In this document: positions 54,533-64,000 of the stretch, piece by piece
Layout of the letters: every line of letters begins with the position of its first letter
Numbering within the stretch: position 1 is the first letter of the stretch
Notes under the pieces: generated by a model
What the model saw: the letters and a program-made list of their open reading frames with translations, nothing else
What the model was told of the DNA's origin: nothing
The model's database searches: none
NCBI RefSeq assembly: GCF_006345805.1
Contig: NC_042998.1
Coordinates: 124,496,001 to 124,560,000 of the forward strand
DNA length: 64,000 nt
Reading direction: 5' to 3'
From: Octopus sinensis
Taxonomy: Eukaryota
Position numbers and translations under genes: made by a program

Positions 54533-56214
54533 GATTTTTTATTATCCACAAGGGATTATACATAGATGGGACAATACAAACAATACAAACATAAACTCGG
54601 GAAACTTAAAATACAAAAAGAGGATGAATTAAGACGAAGAAATTTTTAAAAATCGAATGAAATATGAAAGATATAATAATGAAGCGCAATGCCCACTCGA
54701 CCCCCGAAGTCGAGTGGTTACATTTCGACAGTTTTTTTTTCCTATTTTCATAAATGAATTACAATAGAATTTTTTAAACAAGTTTTTCTTTTTTCATAAA
54801 TGAATATTACAAAAGAATTTTCGACAGTTTTTTCCCCTTTTTTATAAATGAATTTCCAACATAATGCATTTTTCCTTTCAGATTCTCATATCCTATTATG
54901 GGAGGTGTGTATTCCAGTAACCGACACCAACTGTCCAGTTTTATGTACTTTTTGAAGACCTCCTCGAATTTGACGTAACTCTCCGTATGTACCAAAACAC
55001 CGACATCATCTACGTCAAATTTGTCTCCCAGCTTTACTCTTATCATCCCCTTCATTTTCGATCTCTTTTCTCTAATTCATAAGAACTTTTGTATGTTATA
55101 AATGATCCATAATATTTATACGGATCATCTTCTGTTTCTTCAAAAATCCTCTTACCTTTGTTTTCTTCTGAATGTTCCCTCATCCTCATCTCTCTCTACT
55201 TTGGGGGCTAATAACTCCTTTGCTCTCCTCTTTTGATTAATTCATTTCACTCTTCTTGTTGTCTTTCTTGCTGTCTTTCTCTTTCTTGACTAATTGTTCT
55301 GCTTCTGTTTGTACTTTCTCCTGCATCTGTTCTTTCTTTTCCACTTTCTTTTGTTCCTTTTCCGTTGTCTCTTTGCTTTGTGTAAATTTATATAAGAGAC
55401 ACTCTGTCCTTATGTGTTCTCGTACTCCGCATAGATAGAAATTAGGTCTCCTTCCCTCGACTACAACGTTTAACGTCATTTCATTCTCAACCTCGATCTG
55501 GAAGTGGATTCTCTCGATGTCTTCAGCTGTGGCAACAAGCCACATTTCGACTCCGAATCCTCGCCAGTTCAACGTATTTGTTTCACCTACTGGACCTAGT
55601 TCGGGATCGTCTACTGTAGACGCCAGTTTCGCTGCAACCAGCCATTCCGTTTTTATTTCCAGCGGCACTGTGGAAATTTTGACCCTGACGCTTCGTCTTC
55701 CTCTGTAGGTGGGCAATAATGCAATCCTTTCCGTTTTTAGGATGGTGGTGGAGTGCGAGGCCGCCTCTTCCTTTGTGGCAAACCGTACCGAATTTCTACC
55801 CCTTGCCAACGTAGGTTGTCTTTTCCATCACTTCTCCAAGGCACTCTTCAATTTTTTCCTCTGTTATTCATCCAATTTTCTTTTTCCACCTTCTTTCTAT
55901 ACACAACCGTTTTGAGGTTCTTTTCCTCTGTTGCCTCTGTCGGAGAGATCAGCTTAATGCTTTCTCCCTCCCTCCCCATGTACTGTTCACGTCTCTTAAC
56001 TCCTTCCTTATTAATCAGGACATTCCTTGTTACCAGTGACGCGACACCTCTCGCCGCAGCGACCTTCGCGTAGCTCTCTATTACGGAGAGACTACGTCTC
56101 TCTCTTTCACTAAAAATGGGGAAAAAGAACAGCAAAGCAGCAGCAAGCAGCACGCGCGAAGCGTTTTATCAAAAACTTTTTCCCAATTCACCAAATAGTA
56201 CAACCAATTTCAAC
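54533..56214 (-). mobile_element. ORF1-only non-LTR element (half-L1-like) of Tx1/L1 type
   Basis: Frameshifted ORF1 from ~56000 to 54807: NSVRFATKEEA, RVKISTVP, knuckle (N)FYLCGVREHIRTEC, K/E-rich block. Then a ~270-nt 3' UTR and the shared tail; no APE or RT; bounded by target duplications. Confidence 0.75.
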
Positions 56215-56230
56215 GTGTAGTTGTAAAATT

Positions 56231-58277
56231 GATTTTTTATAACCCACAAGGGGCCAACGAAGAGGGGACAATACAATCTGATTTGGGGGTCAGATGAGCG
56301 AATGATTATACAAAACAAAATGACATTAAGAAGTTTACAAAAAATAAGAAAATAAAATAAAATAGAATTGTTGGACAGACCGGAAGACATTATGGATGGA
56401 GTGGGGGGGGCGTGTTTAATTCGGACCCACGAGCCCCGCATCGCCAATGATAGCCGAATTGCATCGAAAGGAAATCAGGCGGGTCAATTTTTACTATAGA
56501 CTCAGTCGATAGCTGTACACTTCCTGCACTTGACAACAGTTGTTCAGCATAAACCCACACATCTGACACCTCCGAACATTGAACAATAGCATGCGGGGCG
56601 GTTTCCCTATCCTGTTCGCATCTTGGACAGGTCGAAGTGCCACAGCCACCATGCCTTGTGAGTTTGTCCCGAACAGGGAAGGCTTCTCTGTAACACTACC
56701 ATGCCAGAGACTTCTGAAAGTTGTCCAGGGTCTTCGGCCCGAATGTACGTTGGAACAGACTGGCCAGCTGATTATCGTCGAGACCTAGGGTTTATCCTAA
56801 GGTATCGTCACATTCCGCCTCTAAGAGCCCTCTATAAAAGAATGCGGTAGAACCCCCACCGCAGGCATTGCCCGAACGACGGAATAGCAGGAGAGCCTTG
56901 ATACACTTTGTAAGCCATGTACCTAGCTTCGATCTTCGATAGAACCAGGATTCCCGTCCACTTAAACTAGTGAACCTGGGAAACATCCGTTTCGCCAGCG
57001 GAGACCACATCCAGGTAAAGCCACAGATGCCTCAACCTCAGCGCACGTCTGCGCATCAACAGCCAAGGCATCCGTAGCCCACACCCTTTAACGATTGTTG
57101 GCAGCAAGTAGAGCGTTTCACAAGAGGTTTCGAGCCCTTCTACAAAACGTGGAATAGATGTCTTTCCAATTTGTTCAACCACAAATCAAGGCAAGGAACG
57201 ACAGTTAGGCGGTAGGTGATGACTGATGCGATGAACACATTGGCTACCTCCGCCCTCCCTTTCAGGGATAGCCACCGCCAAGACCACGCCTTGATTGTGG
57301 TTCACCCTGCTCGATACCTTGGCCCAGTTCTTCTCTATTTGGAGGTCTGGTCCAAACCAAACTCCAAGCAACTTAATCGGACCCTCCGTCCAACGTCCTA
57401 CGACGCTGTCAGAAGGCATCGACTTGCCTCTCCAGGTGCCGAGCTGCAAGCCGACTGACGTTTCACGATTAACCTTTGCTCCTGCTACCGTCTCGTAAAC
57501 CTTAATGGCCTTGCCTACCCTCTGTAGGTGATCCATGTCGATGTCATCCGCGTAAGCTGAAACCGACTTTCCACAACCTGGCTGTCTCGGGACGCCGCTC
57601 AATTTTCGCAGTAATGGCTCAAGAGCCATCACGTACAAAAGCGGGAAGAGCGGACACTCTTGACGAACCGAGCGTTTGATGTTGAACGCCCTTGATAAGA
57701 AGCTGTTCACCCGAACTATCGAGTCGACGTTGTCATAAATCTGAATGGTCCACCTCAGGAAGCCAAAACCCAGGTCGAACTGTGCCAGAACGGACACCAG
57801 GTCGCGATGGTCAACCCTATCAAATGCCTTAGATTGGTCGAAATGGACCAGTGCCCCACCCTTGCCAGAATCACTATTAAACCCATCTAAATGTACCGCA
57901 TAAGATTGAGATTATCCTGGATGGTTCTGCCGCGAACGGCACATGCCTGTGCCTCCCCGATCAGACCATCCACGACATGCGCCAATCTTTTCGATAACAC
58001 TTTGGCCAAATTTTTTAACTCTGCGCTCAGCAGAGTGATGGGCAGAAAATTATCAACAGACTCCCCTTTGTCCGGGTCTTTCTGACAAGCGTCACCACTC
58101 CCCGGTGCACAGATCTGGGAATAAACCCGTTCTGCTGCCAGTTCGCGTAGACATTCGCCAGCAGGTGCCCGAACAAGTCTGGCATATTCTTATACAACTC
58201 ATAGGGTAGACCGTCCAGTCCCGGCGCCTTACTCGCGCCGCAGTCTGACATAGCCTCAATCACCTCCTCGGGCCAAA
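56231..58277 (-). mobile_element. 5'-truncated Tx1/L1-clade LINE (RT plus C-terminal zinc finger)
   Basis: KAPGLDGLPYELY, PITLLSAELK, DQSKAFDRVDH, SVRQECPLFPLLY, SAYADDI, IKLLGVWF and CPRCEQDRETAPHAIVQC. Confidence 0.95.
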
Positions 58278-58595
58278 GTGTAGTTGTAAAATTATTAACT
58301 GGTCAAAATATTTTTTATTTCTTTTATATTTTTATTTCTGTAATTGGAAGATGCCAATTAAAATTTTAGATTTTTAAATTTAATGCAATTATAACTGTCC
58401 ATTTGTTATTGATTAGATGTACCCGGGTTCTAATTCCAAGAATATCTATTCAATCTTTATTTAATGTATAATTTATAATTTGTCTTGTAAATTTACTTAT
58501 AGTTCAATAATTCTAATCAGTTTATCTATTTATCTATTTGTAAGTATCACCCTATATTTTAATATCACAAAAATGGAAGAATCTATATATATTTA

Positions 58596-59200
58596 TTAAT
58601 CCAAATGTTTATTAGATTTCCTATAATATTTAAAAGTTTCACAAAACCTATGACTACATGTTGAAAATGCTCCTGATTGACAATTTATTAAGTTCTTATG
58701 TTTATATAATAATATATACAGTGATTCTTTCATACCAGGAGGGCAACTATTAGATTTATGCGTGTATGGTATGACTGAATCTATTATATACCATTCCAAT
58801 TTATAGTTAATTTTGTTTTTCTGTAGTTTATGTATATATGTATCTAATGACGTCGTATTAGTGACTGTATTTGGCTTAAAGGCGTGTATATGCGCTAAAA
58901 ATCTTTGCTTAAAATTAACGGAACTACCTATATACACCTTACTTTGTGAATTATTAATTAATGTAACTGCATTTGTATATTGCATTAAATCTTCTACAAT
59001 TGCCTTTTCAATAATTAATTCAAAGCTTTTAAACTGTCATAGACATTATATATTTATACTTATACATACTTACATATATATTTTATACATGTTTATATTT
59101 ATTTATTTATATATTTTTAATACAAAAATTACTTTTCACATGTGTATATCTTCATGAGGAGTTTTGATATTGATTTCCTAATATTAATAATAATATATTA
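58596..59200 (-). mobile_element. GIY-YIG endonuclease unit (Penelope-like) with ~195-bp leader and no RT
   Basis: KGNCRRFNAIYK/fs/VTLINNSQSKVYIGSSVNFKQRFLAH...EWYII...CPPGMKESLYIL..NLIN...FSTCSH. Confidence 0.8.
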
Positions 59201-60328
59201 TCAATATATATATATATATACGTATGTAAGTAAGTTGGTAGGCTAGTAGGTAAGTATATGCATGTATGTCTGTGTATACAAATGTAAGTACCCTTACACA
59301 TATGCACACACAGACATACATGCATATATCTATATACATGCGCCCCAGAATATCAGCAGTTCTAATGACTGAAAGAAGTAAAAGATAAAAGTTTTATATA
59401 TATATATATAACATTTTGTTTTAGAAACGGAAAAAACTCAATACATAGAATAGAGTATAGATAAAGGAATAAAAATGTCGCTGTTGTTATTGTAGAGAAT
59501 AGATCTCCATGCTAAGGCTAACAAGTGCCATGGCATAAAAATCTAGGCTATTGTGTAACTCTTGCTACATCATCATATATTAAATTTAATACCTATGTAT
59601 GTATGTGTGAATGAGTATATATATGTGAAGGTATATAATATTTGTAATAAAATTCACAAAAGATAGTTAATTACTTATTATACATTCACATATTGATATC
59701 AAAACCGTTGCCTTTTACTGTAGTATCAGAAGCGACACAATGGGGCGTATTTCACAGCATGTAGCGAATATGTCGACGCTGCTTTGTCGTGATAATTAAA
59801 TTTTCATAAATTTATTACATAGCTTATCAGAAGCATTATTTGCATTCCACTGATGCTGTCGATGAAAGATTGGTAATTATGAAGATGAATCTAAAAGCTA
59901 CTAATTTAATTATTGTGTAAATTATTATCGATATCTCATACTTGGATTCTTTGTAAGTAGTACTATATAGGAAGTGTATACACCATTAAATACAACAGCT
60001 AATCATTTGTACATGAAAAGATATTTGGTAATATTTCTCGATTCATACGACTTTGGCTCTTCCTACACCGTTGTATTTCATTATAGTTCCCATACCTCTG
60101 ATAATTCTGACCATACAACAAATTTTCATATTTAAGTAGAGATAATATGAATTGGGTTATACTGCAAGCTTGACATAAATGGATTATATAATTTAGTTAT
60201 GAAAAGAGGGAAAGTAAATAGTAAAATTCTAAAATATTAGAATTACGTACGCATATATGTGGGTACGTCTGTGTTTAACAATGGCTATACTCCACCTCTC
60301 TGTTTCACTCTCTGCCTCTGTCTGTCTC

Positions 60329-60368
<40 letters not shown>

Positions 60369-60479
60369 CTGTGTATATATGTGTGTATATATATATATAT
60401 ATAAGTGTGTGTGTGTGCTACCTGATAATAAACAAGCAAGAGAAATCAATGCCGACTGCAAGATTATCAAGTTCTCGTA

Positions 60480-61345
60480 TTGTAAGAACAGATAATAGTA
60501 AAACCAACACCGATAACAACCACCACAGCAACAAAAACAACAACAACCACAACTATAACAACAGCAACCACGGCCACAACTAAAACAGCGAAAACAATGC
60601 TAACAGCGACAGCAATGACATTAACTGGCCTGTCACCGCAAAAGTAAACGGCGGAAGGAACGGCAACATTAATAAAAAAGAACAGAGAGCAAACCAACAG
60701 AAGGAAGAATGAACACTGGTTCTACGTTGACCTGCCCTACTACTGGGAGACGGTGGAGAACCAGTTAAGAAACAACATCAAGAGATCTGAGTTCGTCACA
60801 CGAACAAGCACCATTTCGCTCACACCAACGCAACAGATGCATGCTGCTTAAGTCAGTGGTTCTCAACCGAGATCCATACGGCACTTGAAGGTTCGTATCA
60901 GATTTTGTTAAAATTCATCCGCAATAAATTCGTTATACTTCTGCAATGCACAAAATATTTTAACAATTTTTTAAATACAATTTCTTAAAAAAAAATAATT
61001 ACAAAAATATAATAGGACTTTTTACACATCGAATAAAATAAGAGTCAAGGGGATCCGTAGATAAAAAATGGTTGAGAAACAATAGCCTAAATCAATGTCC
61101 AATACATAAAACCCAACCAACGGACAACACTCGGTTATGTTTTAAATCTTACGTGGTGTGCCTGAGGAAGTGTTCCTGCAGGGAAGCATAAGTAGGATCG
61201 ATCAGTAGACGCCGTCACTTTAGGGTCAAGGAACATTTGTACAAAGCTACACCGTCCAACGCCGTGTTGTAATACCGACGATATTGTAATGAAGATTTCT
61301 CCACTATCATAATAGCGAGGCAAAGGGATGGATGGAGGTCTGGAA
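60480..61345 (+). mobile_element. Penelope-like element fragment (linker plus GIY-YIG), interrupted by a MITE
   Basis: FYVDLPYYWETVENQLRNNIKR before the MITE; NQCPIH..YVVCLRKC..*VGSISRRRHFRVKEHL after it. Confidence 0.6.
60854..61084. mobile_element. hAT (Charlie-type) MITE
   Basis: TIR CAGTGGTTCTCAACC / GGTTGAGAAACAATA; imperfect 8-bp flanks GCTTAAGT / GCCTAAAT. Confidence 0.75.
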
Positions 61346-62163
61346 AAGCTAGCCCACATGATTTGGATTTTTTTCGTTTTCACAGGGTATTTTCCAATTC
61401 TTTTTTAACCATGCACTTCAAAATGATGGGGGGGGGGAACTTTTGGGGGGAAAATTGGCGGACGTCTGGAATAGTTCGCTCGCGTAAGTCAAATTTTCTC
61501 CGTTATCATGGGGATTTTGCATTCTTTTTTTCACCACACACTTCAAGATGATGCGGGTCTCCGAGAATGGACTTCTCCAAGTTTCCGTTTTGTACTTCGC
61601 TCCTAAAAACGATGTGCCACCAAGCACACACACCGAATGAGAAAAATAACTTGTATGTTTTTCTTCGTAAAACCATAAATGTTCGTAGCTATCAAATCCA
61701 CAACCTCACTGACTAATAAATATTATAACATTATAAATGTTACTGATATTATTCATTTGCAAAGACTCGGAGAGAAATTAAAGTCTGAAAGTCAGAGAGA
61801 AAAGGTCTTGAAAGACTGAAAGAAAAAATGATAAAAGATAAAGTTTGCGAAAGTATTGCATGTTATATATACCAAGGTTATATGTAACAGTTTGTGTTGC
61901 TGAAAAAATACAGGGTGAATATGGTTTCAGTATTGTTTCTAAATTTTGCATTTTGCTGTAGAAGCTGGAAAAAAAATTATGTTTAATTTTCTGTTTAAAA
62001 AAGTGGAGGGAGAACTGTAATAGTGATCACTGGAGTGATGGTGACGGTGGCGGGGATTCCAAAATAATGGATTTCCTTGGATTTCAAGGAACCCTTATGA
62101 TTTAGCAAAAACTATGTCTGCACGTATACATAAAAACACACAACTATTCACATATATATGATA

Positions 62164-62455
62164 CGAGGGTGTACCCAAAAGAACTAGAATTTTGCAATAT
62201 TATTTCATTCACTTAGTTTTACATGTTTACACTTTTATCGCTTTCAAAGTATTCTCCAATTGAAGCAATGCATCGGGACAGATGCGTTGCTCACTGTTCG
62301 AAGCAGTCCTGAAACTCTTGCGAAGTAATGCCTTTTAACGTCTCCGTCGTTTTCTACTTCACCTTTTCCACATCTGCACAACGTTTTCGTTTAAGAATTT
62401 GTTTTCATTCAGGGGAACAGAAAAAAATTGCAGAGTGCAAGATCGGATTTTAAGA
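62164..62455 (-). mobile_element. Mariner 3'-end fragment with one TIR
   Basis: TA-CGAGGGTGTACCCAAAAG terminus; reverse translation PDLALCNFFLFP...EFQDCFEQ...RCIASIGEYFE. Confidence 0.85.
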
Positions 62456-62465
62456 CTAGTATTTA

Positions 62466-63769
62466 CGAGGGGCGTTCAGTAAGTAATGCCTCTGACCCAC
62501 TTGCAGTTGTTTGATCTAGCTGAAATTTTGCATGTGCAATTATTCATATCTCTATGGCAACTTACAGGTCTGAACTCCTGGCAACTTACAGGTCTGAACG
62601 AATTGTAGTTTCTGATTTACAGGTATTTGAACTGAGTCAAGTGTGAAACAGAGCCTGTTGAGTGTCGATCAGTGATGCGGTTTTTGTATTTGAAAGGACG
62701 CACACCACGGGAGTCTTTTGATGAAATAAAAGTAACTTATGGTGATGATGCCCCATCATATGACCTTGTAAAACTCTGGCATCGTGAATTCAAACATGGT
62801 CGGAACTTTGTGGAAACAGCTCCCAGATCTGGTCACCCCCTTCTGCCATTGATGAGGCATCTGTCCGTCAAGTTGAGGCTGCCATTTTGGAAGATCGACG
62901 CATAACTATTCGCTAAATAACCCATGAGGTCAAGATTAGTACCGGGTCTGTGGAAACTATCATTCATAACCATTTGCATATGCAAAAGGTGTCTGCCAGA
63001 TGGATTCCCAGGCTGCTCACACCTTTCCAGAAGCAAGAACGCGTCGATTGCGAGGATGAATTTGAAGATGTGCCAAGAAGATGAGTCAAAATTTTTCAAA
63101 AGACTGATTACGCAGGATGAAACCTGGGTCCATCACTATGATCCAGAGACCAAAGCCCAGCCAATGCAGTGGAAGCACCGTGACTCACCTCCTCCAAAGA
63201 AGGCAAGGGTACAGCCCTCCGCTGGCAAGGTCATGCTAACAGTCTTCTGGGACCAGGACGGAGTAGTGATGACAGATTTCTTGGCAAAGGGTGTCACAAT
63301 TACAGGAGTCTATTATGCTTCACTTTTGAGGAAATTAAGAGAAGCTATGAAAATCAAGAGGCGGGGCAAGATCAGCAAAGGCATCCTCCTCCTGCAGGAC
63401 AACGCTCCGATCCACAACTCGCGTGTCGCCAGATCAGAAGCACAGGCGTGCTGCTATATACTCTTCCCCCATTCTCCCTACTCTCCTGACCTGCACCCTC
63501 TGATTTTCACCTCTTCCCAGCCATGAAGTTGTCTTTGAAAGGAAAGCGTTTCCCAGATGATGCAGCCTTGATTTCTGAAGTCACGTCGTGGTTGGAGGAC
63601 CAAGCTTGGGTCTTCTACAAAAACGGTCTTCAGAGCTGCATTAAACAATGGGAGAAATGTGTAACTCTGGGTGGTTCCCATGTAGAAAAAGACTAATAAC
63701 TGTGCCAAGTTTCGTTGCTCTACTGCTATGGGAAGTGGGTCAGGGGCATTACTTATTGAACGCCCTTCG
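62466..63769 (+). mobile_element. Mariner (DD34D) transposon, TIR-complete, lightly disabled transposase (~62640-63697)
   Basis: TIRs CGAGGGGCGTTCAGTAAGTAATGCC / GGCATTACTTATTGAACGCCCTTCG with TA flanks. Motifs RWIPRLL, TQDETW, QDNAPIH and HSPYSPDL; a few frameshifts and one stop. Confidence 0.97.
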
Positions 63770-64000
63770 TATGGCGTATATTATGAGCAATCCATATTTT
63801 TTAGGTATGACGTTCATCGTACAGCCAAGCTCTGATCTTTTGCGTTAGTACCCTGTAGATATCTCGAAAAAGCTGAAATACAGGCTACTACAACCTTCTG
63901 ACTTTCTTAAAAGTATTAATGAAATAAGCGAAGCGAACAAACTATTAATGGTAGCAAACGTCGGCTACAAACATAGATTTCTGAAAATTTAGAATACATT

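Noticed and set aside
56215-56230. GTGTAGT in the target duplication resembles the U2 snRNA branch-point pairing region targeted by some Tx1 families
   Set aside because: Only 7 nt match; neither flank shows U2 sequence.

Overview
AT-rich, microsatellite-dense eukaryotic DNA made almost entirely of transposon debris. The tRNA-derived SINE families and repeat landscape look like an octopus (coleoid) genome; this is inference from recalled repeat types, not a search. No host gene could be identified with confidence; a few splice-bounded minus-strand exon candidates are listed at low confidence. Supported content: about 20 copies of several SINE families, CR1-group, RTE, R4/Dong-like (RLE) and Tx1/L1-like LINE fragments, Penelope-like (GIY-YIG, hammerhead-like) pieces, two TIR-complete mariners, a hAT MITE, Helitron-like elements and a piggyBac relic. 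The most striking structure is at 53.8-59.2 kb. A 5'-truncated Tx1-like RT element and an ORF1-only ('half-L1'-like) element sit in tandem between three copies of one 16-bp target duplication. They share a ~40-nt 3' tail with one SINE subfamily in this window and are bracketed by two inverted GIY-YIG-only units. Also notable are a ~1-kb phased A-tract array (21.9-22.9 kb) and several hammerhead-ribozyme-like mini-elements. All translations and alignments were done by eye, and TE boundaries are approximate unless defined by a TIR or TSD.
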